IMG/VR virus record: IMGVR_UViG_3300045988_144682
Length of the DNA stretch: 64,000 nt
Strand: one strand, 5' to 3'
Origin: a virus
A program made the position numbers and the translations under genes. The notes below the pieces were generated by a model. That model was not told where the DNA came from. It saw nothing but the letters and a program-made list of their open reading frames with translations, and searched no databases. Positions within the stretch are counted from its first letter, which is position 1; every line of letters begins with the position of its first letter. Shown here piece by piece: positions 18,527 through 28,076 of the stretch.

Positions 18527-19120
18527 ATGTATATTGGAAGTTATGTTTTTATCAAAGAGCGTTGTATATCAGAACTTAGAAAGAAAGATCCAGAACTGGC
18601 AAGTAGTTTGGCATATAAGGTGGGTAAAATCGTTGGGTTTGATGGTACAACATGGACATTTAATGTCAAATTTGGCGATGAAGAATATTCACTTAGAAGA
18701 TATCAGTTGGAGGAAATATCTGAAAAAGAGTTGCAATTAGTTAATTCCATTTCAGGTAATTGGAAGAAAATGAGTTCAGTGCAGAGTTATTATGTGATTG
18801 CCGGAATGGATTTATCTGCATTTAAAACAGATAAATATAAAGGATGGCAATGGTCTGAGGCATGGGAGAACTACACATGTAATCAGTCAAGAGGAAAAAT
18901 TCAGTTGTTCGATGATCCAACGTATTTATATATTGGATATATTCTGGCAGCAGGAGATGAATACGGTTTTAATACCGCTATGATAAAGCCAGAAGAAGTC
19001 AAAGAACATCAACAGCAAGTAATCGAGGAAATAAAACGACTGGTAAAAATTGGGGTTATATCTGAAAAAGTATTAGACTCTATTGATTACGGTCTGATTG
19101 TTTTTGCAGATTACAGATAG
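18527..19120 (+). CDS. hypothetical protein
   Basis: 197-aa ORF. Confidence 0.55.
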   Translation: MYIGSYVFIKERCISELRKKDPELASSLAYKVGKIVGFDGTTWTFNVKFGDEEYSLRRYQLEEISEKELQLVNSISGNWKKMSSVQSYYVIAGMDLSAFKTDKYKGWQWSEAWENYTCNQSRGKIQLFDDPTYLYIGYILAAGDEYGFNTAMIKPEEVKEHQQQVIEEIKRLVKIGVISEKVLDSIDYGLIVFADYR

Positions 19121-19127
19121 GAGTATT

Positions 19128-19667
19128 ATGAAAATAGTAAATAATTGCATTGATTGCGTATATGATTTTCAAATGAGAGAATCATGTCGTGATAAACTTG
19201 TACATGCAATGCCAACAGATTTAATAGCAAGAATGACTTCTATTTTGGTTATCAAACCGTATGGGGATAAATTCTATGTTGTAAAATCAAGATACGAGAG
19301 GGAACTTTTTTATAACAAATTACTTAAAGAAGATTTTAAGGTAATTTCCAATTCGGATTTTGAAGGTTGTAAGGATTGGATTGAATTTGCGGAAAGAGTA
19401 AGAGAGCTAATCAATCCAGGAGAATGTGTCATATATAAGATGAACAACAAGAAGTTCGATGAAAATTATAATCTGGTGCGGAATACAAATTACAGTACAA
19501 ATATCTATTCGTTGTATAAGAGGGTTATGAAACGTGATCCGAGAGCCATTGATGAAATCGAATCTCTTGAAGAAGCAAAAGAAATTATAGGTATGATGCT
19601 TGGAAACCACTATATGCATAATACGGCATATGAAATGCTCAAAATTTTTGGAGGGAAACAACGATGA
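19128..19667 (+). CDS. hypothetical protein
   Basis: ATG at 19128 after TAGGAG. 179 aa. Confidence 0.55.
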   Translation: MKIVNNCIDCVYDFQMRESCRDKLVHAMPTDLIARMTSILVIKPYGDKFYVVKSRYERELFYNKLLKEDFKVISNSDFEGCKDWIEFAERVRELINPGECVIYKMNNKKFDENYNLVRNTNYSTNIYSLYKRVMKRDPRAIDEIESLEEAKEIIGMMLGNHYMHNTAYEMLKIFGGKQR

Positions 19668-20422
19668 TTTATATTACGGGAGATATTCACGGTAGCCCGG
19701 AACGCCTGGGTATGCATTCCTTTTATGAACAGAAGGAAATGACAAGAGATGATATCGTGATTATTTGCGGAGATTTTGGTATGGTCTGGGAAAAAAGTGG
19801 AGAATCTGCATCTGAGCAGTATTGGCTGAAATGGCTAGAAGATAAGCCGTTTACAACCGTGTTCGTGTGCGGAAACCATGAAAATTTTGACAGACTATAT
19901 CAGTACCCAGTGAAAGAGTGGCATGGTGGTAAAGTTCATGAAATTCGCCCACATGTATTACATTTAATGCGTGGAGAAATTTTTGATATTGAAGGATTGA
20001 AATTTTTCGCATTTGGTGGGGCAAGCAGCCATGATATCAGAGATGGTATTATTGATCCGGCAGAAGATGAAAACTGGCGTGAGATAGCTAAAGAATGGTA
20101 TAAAGCCGGGAAGATGTATCGCATTAAAGGGATTTCATGGTGGGAACAGGAGCTTCCGACACAAAAGGAAATGGATAATGGTATTAAGAATCTTGAACGT
20201 GTTGGAAATAAAGTAGATTACATTATCACTCATTCGCCATCTGCAAGTGTGATTGCACTGTTAGGGCATGGATTGTATGAACAAGATGTACTTACAAGAT
20301 ACTTGGAAGATATTCGATCTAAGGTAGAGTATAAGAAACATTTCTGCGGTCATATGCATGTAGATAAGGCAGTTAATGAAAAAGACATTATTCTGTATGA
20401 GCAGATCATCCGGCTTGCTTGA
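19664..20422 (+). CDS. calcineurin-like metallophosphoesterase
   Basis: 252 aa. ITGDIHG, ICGDFG, GNHENF, and later GHMH. Confidence 0.82.
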   Translation: MIYITGDIHGSPERLGMHSFYEQKEMTRDDIVIICGDFGMVWEKSGESASEQYWLKWLEDKPFTTVFVCGNHENFDRLYQYPVKEWHGGKVHEIRPHVLHLMRGEIFDIEGLKFFAFGGASSHDIRDGIIDPAEDENWREIAKEWYKAGKMYRIKGISWWEQELPTQKEMDNGIKNLERVGNKVDYIITHSPSASVIALLGHGLYEQDVLTRYLEDIRSKVEYKKHFCGHMHVDKAVNEKDIILYEQIIRLA

Positions 20423-20446
20423 CAAATTTGTAATCTATGCTATAAT
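20419..20446 (+). promoter_or_regulatory. sigA-type promoter (first of tandem pair)
   Basis: TTGACA at 20419-20424, 16-nt spacer, TGcTATAAT at 20438-20446. Confidence 0.6.
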
Positions 20447-20467
20447 ATTAACATGCAAAAATAAAGG

Positions 20468-20496
20468 TTGACAGTCAACAAATAATATGATATCTT
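20468..20496 (+). promoter_or_regulatory. sigA-type promoter (second of tandem pair)
   Basis: TTGACA at 20468-20473, 17-nt spacer, TGaTATCTT at 20488-20496. Confidence 0.6.
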
Positions 20497-20512
20497 ATAG
20501 GAGAAGCAAATA

Positions 20513-20797
20513 GTGAATATAGTATTGATTATTATTTTGTTCGGCTTTATATATGGAAGCAGCTATTTCAGATTTCATGAACCATACGGATTGAATAATA
20601 CATACAATGCTTTAGGTTATTATATGTTATCAGTAAAATGGTGGAATATTGAATTCAACTGGTGTACATACAAAAACAAATGGCAAGTTGATATTAAGCT
20701 GAGATTTATAAGAAAATGGAAGCCGAGAAGATATAAAGAGGTATATGTGATATTTAATAGTGCAGGAGTAAGAACCTACACTTTAAATATATATTAA
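20513..20797 (+). CDS. hypothetical small membrane protein
   Basis: GTG start after AGGAGA. 94 aa with a hydrophobic N-terminus IVLIIILFGFIYG. Confidence 0.5.
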   Translation: MNIVLIIILFGFIYGSSYFRFHEPYGLNNTYNALGYYMLSVKWWNIEFNWCTYKNKWQVDIKLRFIRKWKPRRYKEVYVIFNSAGVRTYTLNIY

Positions 20798-20824
20798 ACA
20801 AACAATAATAAAGGAGAAAGACAA

Positions 20825-23458
20825 ATGAGAACAGGATTAACAAGCTCTCAGGTAACAAAGAACAGAGAAAAATATGGTTCAAATAAGTTACCAGAAAAGA
20901 AACTAAAAACAGGATTTCAGTTTTTCATGGAAACATTTGAAGATAGACTGAACCAGATTCTTTTAGCAATGATGATTGTGTTTACGGTTTTAGCCGTATT
21001 CGGACAAGGATCGTATTCAGAGCCGATAGGTGTTGCGGTAGTATTACTTGCAATTGCATTTATTGGAATGAATACAGGATTGAAAAGCCAGAAAAGTGCA
21101 AAAGAATTGAAAGACAGAACTTCGATTCATTATTGTAATGTAATCCGTGATGGAAAGGTTGAGCATATCAACTCAAATGATTTGGTTGTTGGCGATCTTG
21201 TAATTATTCAGTCCGGCGAAGCAATTTATGCAGACGGATATTTAGTAGAAGGAAATGTAAAAGTTGATAACTCCGTTTTAAATGGGGAATCAGATCCTTG
21301 TAAAAAGACACCGTGGGAAAATGAAGATTCATCCCCAATTATTATAGGTGGGAAACGACATGCAAATTCAAATGATTATGTAGATTCGTATTCATTATTT
21401 GCTGGCACAACAGTAACAGACGGAGAAGGAAAGATGATCGTTACAAACGTAGGTGTTAATACTGTAAACGGTCAGACAATTTCCACGATTGATGAAATCG
21501 AAGAAACAAAGACATCACTGGAAATTCAGTTAGATGATCTTGCCGGGCAGATTAGTAAATTCGGATATATTGGAGCAGCTATCATCGTTGTTGCACTGAT
21601 TGTAACAAATATCATTCAGCTTGGTGGTATTGCTGAATACCTCAATATCGGGTGGATTGGTATTTTGAAAAATGTCCTTACAGTAGCAGTTACGGCACTT
21701 ACAATTATTGTTGCAGCAGTTCCAGAAGGACTTCCATTGATTATTAACCTTATTACAGCACAGAATGCGAAAGTAATGATTAAACATAACGTGCTTGCGA
21801 AACATACAAATAAGATCCCGGAAGCCGGAAACATTCAGTTGCTTTGCACAGATAAGACAGGAACTCTTACGGTAGGTAAACTTGTACCAGTTGAAAATGT
21901 GATGGGCGATAAAAATGAAGTACCGAAAGATTCAGTAATTGAAAATATGTTTAAGTTAAACGTAGCGTTAAATAGTAGTGCTATGTATGATGAAAATAAA
22001 AATATTGTTGGTGGTAACGCTACAGAACGTGCATTACTTACAATGATTTCAGATAGAGAGTATAAAGACTTTACGGATTCTGTAGAAGTCACAAACAGAA
22101 AAATTTTCAATAGTGCAAATAAGTTTAGTGCTATTGAAACGAGTGGAAAAGATGGAAAGATTACCTATTATAAAGGTGCGCCTGAAAAATTGATTGATGC
22201 AGCAGTTTCTTATGAAACAACAGATGGAATCAAACCAATTGAAAAGGAAAAATTAAAAGAAATCGTTAAATCATATGCTACAAAAGCTATGAGGGTAATC
22301 GCAACTGGATATAGTAAATCCGTATTACCAGAGGAAGGATTCCCGGATGATTTAGTTCTTGTTTCTTTGGTTGCTATTCGTGATGATGTTCGTCCAGAAG
22401 TACCGGAAGCAGTTGCAAAAATGCATGAAGCCGGTGTACAGGTAATGATGGTAACAGGAGATGTCATTGATACTGCTAAAGCTATTGCTAAAGATGCAGG
22501 ACTTATTACAAGTGATTCTGATATCGCAATGTCAGCTATTGATTTTGATGCCTTATCAGACGAAGAAGCAAAAGAGAAACTTCCGTATATCAAAGTAATT
22601 GCAAGAGCTACGCCAAATACGAAACTGAGAATTGTAAGACTTGCACAGGAGATTGGTCTTTGCGTTGGAATGACAGGAGATGGAACAAATGATGCACCAG
22701 CTTTAAAGGCTGCAGATGTAGGATTTTCAATGGGATCTGGTACGGATGTTTGCAAAGAAGCAGGAGATATCATTATTACAGATGATAACTTTGTATCTAT
22801 TACAGATGCCGTTCTATTAGGAAGAACATTCATGCACAATGTTATGAAGTTCCTGAAATTCCAGCTACCTATCAATGTAGGGTTAGTAATTTTGAGTATT
22901 TTATATCCGATTATTATGGCAGTAGAAGCTGTGGCAGCAGTACAGATTCTTGTAATCAATATTGTAATGGACTCTCTTAATTCTCTTTCGTTTGGTGGAG
23001 AACCAGCAAAAGATGAGTATATGAAAGAAAAGCCTATTCCAAAAGGATCGAAACTTCTTTCAAGAGAAACTATTGGACAGATTGCAGTATCAGTTGTAGC
23101 ATTTATCGGAATTTTTGGAATTACATTACTGCCACCAATTCAGAAAGTATTTGGAAATGATGAAACCGTTTATGCGACAGTAAGGTTTGCGCTTCTTGTT
23201 ATGATGGCAACATTTAATGGATTTAACATCAGAACCGATGGATTCAATTTATTTAAAGGAATTGGAAAGAATAAGCTCTTTGTTGAGATTGCGGTAGCAA
23301 TTTTTGTACTGACATTTGTTCTTGCTCAGTTTGGTGGAGCAATTATGGGATGCGCAGCACTGACAGCTACACAGTGGGGCATTACAGTTGGGCTTGCATT
23401 CATGATTATCCCAATTGATCTGGTAAGAAAAGCCGTTATCAGAGTAAAAAGAAAGTAG
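20825..23458 (+). CDS. P-type (P2, Ca2+-type) cation-transporting ATPase
   Basis: 877 aa. Phosphorylation site CTDKTGTLT, actuator-like NGES, M4 VPEGLPLI, MVTGD, hinge TGDGTNDAPALK, and multiple TM helices. Confidence 0.92.
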   Translation: MRTGLTSSQVTKNREKYGSNKLPEKKLKTGFQFFMETFEDRLNQILLAMMIVFTVLAVFGQGSYSEPIGVAVVLLAIAFIGMNTGLKSQKSAKELKDRTSIHYCNVIRDGKVEHINSNDLVVGDLVIIQSGEAIYADGYLVEGNVKVDNSVLNGESDPCKKTPWENEDSSPIIIGGKRHANSNDYVDSYSLFAGTTVTDGEGKMIVTNVGVNTVNGQTISTIDEIEETKTSLEIQLDDLAGQISKFGYIGAAIIVVALIVTNIIQLGGIAEYLNIGWIGILKNVLTVAVTALTIIVAAVPEGLPLIINLITAQNAKVMIKHNVLAKHTNKIPEAGNIQLLCTDKTGTLTVGKLVPVENVMGDKNEVPKDSVIENMFKLNVALNSSAMYDENKNIVGGNATERALLTMISDREYKDFTDSVEVTNRKIFNSANKFSAIETSGKDGKITYYKGAPEKLIDAAVSYETTDGIKPIEKEKLKEIVKSYATKAMRVIATGYSKSVLPEEGFPDDLVLVSLVAIRDDVRPEVPEAVAKMHEAGVQVMMVTGDVIDTAKAIAKDAGLITSDSDIAMSAIDFDALSDEEAKEKLPYIKVIARATPNTKLRIVRLAQEIGLCVGMTGDGTNDAPALKAADVGFSMGSGTDVCKEAGDIIITDDNFVSITDAVLLGRTFMHNVMKFLKFQLPINVGLVILSILYPIIMAVEAVAAVQILVINIVMDSLNSLSFGGEPAKDEYMKEKPIPKGSKLLSRETIGQIAVSVVAFIGIFGITLLPPIQKVFGNDETVYATVRFALLVMMATFNGFNIRTDGFNLFKGIGKNKLFVEIAVAIFVLTFVLAQFGGAIMGCAALTATQWGITVGLAFMIIPIDLVRKAVIRVKRK

Positions 23459-23466
23459 GTAATAAT

Positions 23467-23697
23467 ATGGTCATGAGAGATAGAGAATACAAAACGGTTG
23501 AAAATATTGTATTGATTTGTTATACAGTTGGATTAGTCCTTACATGCGTAACAAAATTTATACCATTTATATTTTTAACGGTTGCAGCATATCCTATTTC
23601 ACTTGCTATATTAAACAATAATAAATGTGGGAACAGAACAAAAAACTGTTCCCAGAAAACAAAAAAGTTCAATAAGAAGGAGAGAACATTATGGTAA
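23467..23697 (+). CDS. hypothetical small membrane protein
   Basis: 76 aa with two hydrophobic helices and a basic tail. Confidence 0.5.
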   Translation: MVMRDREYKTVENIVLICYTVGLVLTCVTKFIPFIFLTVAAYPISLAILNNNKCGNRTKNCSQKTKKFNKKERTLW

Positions 23698-24257
23698 GTT
23701 TGGTAAAAGGACAGAAAGTTGATCTTACAAAAGGAAACGCAGGGTTAAAGAAAATTCTTGTCGGTTTAGGATGGGACACAAATAAGTACGATGGAGATGA
23801 TTTCGATTTAGACGCATCTGCATTTCTGCTTGATAAAAATGGAAAAGTGACAACTGATAAAGACTTTGTATTCTTCAACAATCTGGTACATCCGAGTGGA
23901 GCAGTAAAACATATGGGAGATAACCTTACTGGATCTGGCGATGGAGATGATGAACAGATTATTGTTGACCTGGCAAAGATCCCGGAAAATATCGAAAAGA
24001 TTGCATTTACAGTAACAATTTATGAAGCAGACAGTAGAATGCAGAATTTCGGTATGGTGTCTAATGCGTATATTCGTATGTCAAACGAGGAAACAGGCGA
24101 AGAAATGATTAGATACGATCTTGGAGAAGATTATTCTACAGAAACATCTATGGTTCTTGGAGAGTTGTATCGTCATAATGGCGAGTGGAAATTCAATGCG
24201 ATTGGTGCTGGTTATGCTGGCGGTTTAACTGCACTTTGCAATGGATATGGATTATAA
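23691..24257 (+). CDS. TerD-family protein (paralog 1)
   Basis: 188 aa. [39 protein letters not shown]. Confidence 0.92.
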   Translation: MVSLVKGQKVDLTKGNAGLKKILVGLGWDTNKYDGDDFDLDASAFLLDKNGKVTTDKDFVFFNNLVHPSGAVKHMGDNLTGSGDGDDEQIIVDLAKIPENIEKIAFTVTIYEADSRMQNFGMVSNAYIRMSNEETGEEMIRYDLGEDYSTETSMVLGELYRHNGEWKFNAIGAGYAGGLTALCNGYGL

Positions 24258-24272
24258 AGGGAGGAAACGAAA

Positions 24273-24884
24273 ATGGCAGTTAGTTTAACAAAAGGTGAAA
24301 AGGTAAATCTTTCAAAAGTGGTGGAGAAACTGGCGAATGTAACCGTTGGTCTTGGTTGGGATGCAGCGGAATACGGAGATAGTATTGATTGTGATTCTTC
24401 TGTATTTGTACTTAAAAATGTAGTTGGAAAGTCTGGAATGTTCGGCTTATTTAAGAAAGAAGAGAAAGCAAGATTAGTAAATGATGAGGATATCATTTAC
24501 TATGGTCACAAAAAACATTCAAATGGTTGTATCAAACATCATGGAGATAATTTGGTTGGTGGCAGTGTAGGTGATGATGAGCAGATTTCAATAAATTTGA
24601 AAGAAATGCCGGAAGATGTTACTAGACTGGCTGTTGTAATCAATATCTATAATTGTAGAAATAGAGGGCAACATTTTGGCATGATTAAAAACTGTTTTGC
24701 ACGTATTGTAGATGATGCGACCAAAGAAGAAATCTGCCGATATAATTTATCAAATGACTATAACGGTTGTACAGCACTGATTGTGGCTGAGTTCTACAGA
24801 GAAGATGGAGAATGGCATTTTGAAGCTGTTGGAAAAGGCACACATGATGGCAGTATTTCAGAACTTGCAAGAAGATACAAATAG
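24273..24884 (+). CDS. TerD-family protein (paralog 2, divergent with insert)
   Basis: 203 aa. GLGWD, CDSSVFVL, GDNLVGGSVGDDEQI, WHFEAVGKG. Confidence 0.88.
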   Translation: MAVSLTKGEKVNLSKVVEKLANVTVGLGWDAAEYGDSIDCDSSVFVLKNVVGKSGMFGLFKKEEKARLVNDEDIIYYGHKKHSNGCIKHHGDNLVGGSVGDDEQISINLKEMPEDVTRLAVVINIYNCRNRGQHFGMIKNCFARIVDDATKEEICRYNLSNDYNGCTALIVAEFYREDGEWHFEAVGKGTHDGSISELARRYK

Positions 24885-24900
24885 AGTGGAGGAAAAGTAG

Positions 24901-25479
24901 ATGTCAGTAAGTTTGAATAAAGGCGATAGAGTCGAACTTTCAAAGGACAGCAGAGTGAATGCAGTTTCCGTGTGTTTAGGTTGGGACACAGCTAAATACG
25001 ATGATGATGGAGATTTTGATTTGGATGCGTCTGCATTTGTTATCGGTAGAAATGGCATGACAAGAAGAGATGAGGATTTCATTTTTTACAATAATCTGCA
25101 GCATCCTAGTGGTGGTATCACTCACAGTGGAGATAACCTTACCGGCGGTGGAGATGGGGATGATGAAGTAATCAAAGTCGTTCTTGATAAACTTCCAAAA
25201 TATGCCGAAAAGGTTGTGTTCTGTGTAACAATTCACGAAGCAGAGAGAAGAATGCAGAACTTTGGAATGGTCGAAAACTCTTTTATTAGGGTGGTTGATG
25301 ACAATACTGGTTGTGAGATTACACGTTACGACTTAAAAGAGAAATTCGGAGATTCTACTGCAATTATCGCAGGTGAAATCTACAGAGATGGATCTGGTTG
25401 GAAATTCCATGCTGTAGGGGATGGATTCAATGGTGGACTTTTTGACTTATGTGAAAAATTTGGAATTGAGGTAAAGTAG
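24901..25479 (+). CDS. TerD-family protein (paralog 3)
   Basis: 192 aa. LGWD, DLDASAFVI, GDNLTGGGDGDDEVI, WKFHAVGDGF. Confidence 0.92.
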   Translation: MSVSLNKGDRVELSKDSRVNAVSVCLGWDTAKYDDDGDFDLDASAFVIGRNGMTRRDEDFIFYNNLQHPSGGITHSGDNLTGGGDGDDEVIKVVLDKLPKYAEKVVFCVTIHEAERRMQNFGMVENSFIRVVDDNTGCEITRYDLKEKFGDSTAIIAGEIYRDGSGWKFHAVGDGFNGGLFDLCEKFGIEVK

Positions 25480-25480
25480 A

Positions 25481-26248
25481 ATGACAGTAGGTACAAGTAA
25501 TTTAGTGATATTCGTTATTGCTATTATCCTGGTTGTTGGAATTATTGCACTGATTTTGAATAAGACATTTTTCAAACAGCTTGTGATTAAATACAGAGGA
25601 AGAACAGAAGAGATTGCAAGACAAGATGCAGCGACACCACAAGGTGCAACGGATTATTTCAATAATGCAATCAGAGAAAAAGAAACTTTATATGGGGATG
25701 CAGAACGTTCATATGTTGAGATTGCTGGAAAATTAGACGAGTCCGAAAAGGAACAGTATCATTTGAAGAAAGAACTCATGAAGATTGATAAATCTATCAA
25801 TGATTGTCTGGACGCAAATGACGAAAACGGTGCTAGACAGTATGCAATGAAGAAAATCACAGTTCAGCAGAAAATTGATACTCTGAAAGATACAATCGAA
25901 GAGTTTAAGAAAGCGAAAGATCAGCAGGATGAAATCAGAAAAGCGGTGAAACAGGAACTTGACGAACTCAAAGAAGAGAAAGAAAGAACCGTTTATCAGA
26001 TGGAAGCAGATCAGCAGATTATTCAGCTTCATGAAGGTATGAATGCAAGTGCAAGTTCAAGTGAAAGCGATCACATGTTGGAAAGAGTGCGTGAAGGTGC
26101 TAAAAAGACCAGAGAACGTGCAGCCGGAGCGCAGATTGCCTATGATACAAGTGCAAAAGCACAGGATCGTAGACTGGAAGCCCAGGCAAGAAACAGAGAG
26201 GCTGATGAACTTCTGGCAGAAATGAAAAGAAAAAGAGGTAACAACTAA
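25481..26248 (+). CDS. membrane-anchored coiled-coil protein, PspA/IM30-like (weak)
   Basis: 255 aa with an N-terminal TM helix followed by a long heptad-rich region. Similarity to PspA is loose (..NGARQYAMKKI.VQQKIDTLK..). Confidence 0.35.
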   Translation: MTVGTSNLVIFVIAIILVVGIIALILNKTFFKQLVIKYRGRTEEIARQDAATPQGATDYFNNAIREKETLYGDAERSYVEIAGKLDESEKEQYHLKKELMKIDKSINDCLDANDENGARQYAMKKITVQQKIDTLKDTIEEFKKAKDQQDEIRKAVKQELDELKEEKERTVYQMEADQQIIQLHEGMNASASSSESDHMLERVREGAKKTRERAAGAQIAYDTSAKAQDRRLEAQARNREADELLAEMKRKRGNN

Positions 26249-26337
26249 TGATTGTACTTAATATTGGAGTTTTCTGCTTGTGTATAGTTGTTCCGTTTGT
26301 AACTGGCTACTGCGTAGGACGCAAGAAAAGAAAGTAG
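26248..26337 (+). CDS. 29-aa hydrophobic peptide
   Basis: ATG overlaps the upstream TAA (TAATG). Sequence MIVLNIGVFCLCIVVPFVTGYCVGRKKRK. Below the track cutoff. Confidence 0.35.
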   Translation: MIVLNIGVFCLCIVVPFVTGYCVGRKKRK

Positions 26338-26343
26338 TATGAA

Positions 26344-26377
26344 GTAGTAGTTGGTGAAATATCCAACTACTATTTTT
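26344..26377 (+). terminator. Rho-independent terminator
   Basis: GTAGTAGTTGG-TGAAATAT-CCAACTACTA(T) stem followed by TTTTT. Confidence 0.7.
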
Positions 26378-26393
26378 AAAATGAGGTAAATAA

Positions 26394-26873
26394 ATGAGAG
26401 TAATTGATCCGAATTTGGACGGAATCACTCATATCAATGTGTATAGTGGAAGTAGGACAGAGCTTGGTAGAATGCTGAGTAATTTCTGTCTGGAAGAGAT
26501 ATATACAAAAGATGGGCGGTTTATGTCAGTTGAGGCATATTGGTTTTGGCTAGGTATTTCGCCGGATTGTAAAGAAAGAGAATGTATGCGTGATTTATTC
26601 GGTTATCAGGCAAAGGCAAAAGGTACATATTTGAGAGAAGTATATCCCGGAGAGCAGATAGAAGATTTTCAGGACAGAATCATTCGGGCGATATGGTACA
26701 AAGCCAAAAGACATACAGACTTATTTTTGCCGGAATATGAAAATCTGCCACTGAAACATTACTATGTCAACAGAAACGGATCAGTGAGAGATGTGTATGG
26801 CAAATACTGGTGGATGATAGAAGCTGAAGAAAAAATGAAGAAATACATTTATGAGGTTAAGAAACAGCTATGA
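26394..26873 (+). CDS. NADAR (YbiA/DUF1768)-like protein
   Basis: 159 aa. INVYSGSRTELGRMLSNFCLEEIYTKDGRFMSVEAYWFW aligns by eye with E. coli YbiA INFYSTSDDYGDFSNFAAWPIKVDGKTWPTSEHYFQ. The C-terminal half is less clear. Confidence 0.45.
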   Translation: MRVIDPNLDGITHINVYSGSRTELGRMLSNFCLEEIYTKDGRFMSVEAYWFWLGISPDCKERECMRDLFGYQAKAKGTYLREVYPGEQIEDFQDRIIRAIWYKAKRHTDLFLPEYENLPLKHYYVNRNGSVRDVYGKYWWMIEAEEKMKKYIYEVKKQL

Positions 26874-27694
26874 AGAAATTGAAAGTAGTTGCGTTATTAG
26901 TAGTTATGATGTGCGGATTGGTCGGGTGTAAGGAAGACGTAGAAGTACATACAGAATATGTCAAAGCACAGCCGTTACAATTATATACAGAGGAAGTCGT
27001 GCAAGAAACCGTAGAACAAGCAAAAGTAAGTGCTGAGATTGCTATAGAGGAAGTGGAGAAGGAATTTTCGCCATATTATGTAGCGGTCAGTTCTTTGAAT
27101 ATCAGACAAGCACCAGATACAAATTCTTCATTGGTTGGCAGCTTGGTATTTGGCGATTATATAAATGCGTATGTAGATGGAGAATGGGCAGAACTTGATA
27201 ACGGTACATATGTAAGTGCAGAGTATTTGACAAGTGAATTGCTATATACAGCTTATGCAGCACCATATACAAGCGGAATGAAAAGCTATATGCCGTATAG
27301 TGTTAGAGATAGAAGTATTTTCGTACAATCAAGTAATCAGTACAAATTACAAGAATTATGCAACACTGGGAATTACGGCATCCGGCAATATAAGGGCAGA
27401 TATTGTGTGGCAATTGGTAGTTATTTTGGAACTACAATCGGACAGTATTTTGACTTGATTTTAGAGAATGGCGTTTCAATACCTTGTATCATGGCAGATC
27501 AAAAAGCAGATTGCCATACAGATGACAGTAATATTATTACGGTTGCCAATGGTTGCATGACAGAATTTGTAGTTGATTTTGACAATCTTAATAGTGATGC
27601 AAAACGAATGGGGGATATATCCTACTGTTCCGAAGATTGGAAATCAAGAGTTGTAGAAGTAAGAGTGTATGATATGAATGCACTTTCTGAATAG
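26870..27694 (+). CDS. lipoprotein with SH3b domain (possible cell-wall-binding/hydrolase)
   Basis: 274 aa. Signal plus lipobox LVGC. SH3b-like LNIRQAPDTNSSLVGSLVFGDYINAYVDGEWAEL..GTYVSAEYL. Confidence 0.55.
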   Translation: MKKLKVVALLVVMMCGLVGCKEDVEVHTEYVKAQPLQLYTEEVVQETVEQAKVSAEIAIEEVEKEFSPYYVAVSSLNIRQAPDTNSSLVGSLVFGDYINAYVDGEWAELDNGTYVSAEYLTSELLYTAYAAPYTSGMKSYMPYSVRDRSIFVQSSNQYKLQELCNTGNYGIRQYKGRYCVAIGSYFGTTIGQYFDLILENGVSIPCIMADQKADCHTDDSNIITVANGCMTEFVVDFDNLNSDAKRMGDISYCSEDWKSRVVEVRVYDMNALSE

Positions 27695-28073
27695 GAGAAT
27701 TGAAGTGGACAAAGAAGATATTAAGAAATTATGTGAAGAACGTGGAATTATATATAAAGCGGATTTCATGGATGGATTAAGCGAAAAGCAGTTTGATGAG
27801 GGATGTATCAAGCTCTATATACCGGCAGATGGAAACGGTGGTTGTGGAGAAGGAATCTGGGGTTGGATTACGCCGGAAGATAAAGAGAAGTATATGGACG
27901 ATAATTTCTACGGAGAGATTAAAGCTGTACTTTGCAATAATCCAATTAACTATTTTGGAATCCTGTTTTGGGGTTGTGAAATCCCGATTATTTGCCAGGG
28001 AGAAGATAGACCAATACTTTCGGAAGACTACATTAAAAATGTGTTACTTCCAATCGTAAACAAGCAAAAATAA
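27678..28073 (+). CDS. hypothetical protein
   Basis: 131-aa ORF. An alternative GTG start at 27706 follows AGGAGA. Confidence 0.5.
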   Translation: MHFLNRRIEVDKEDIKKLCEERGIIYKADFMDGLSEKQFDEGCIKLYIPADGNGGCGEGIWGWITPEDKEKYMDDNFYGEIKAVLCNNPINYFGILFWGCEIPIICQGEDRPILSEDYIKNVLLPIVNKQK

Positions 28074-28076
28074 TGA

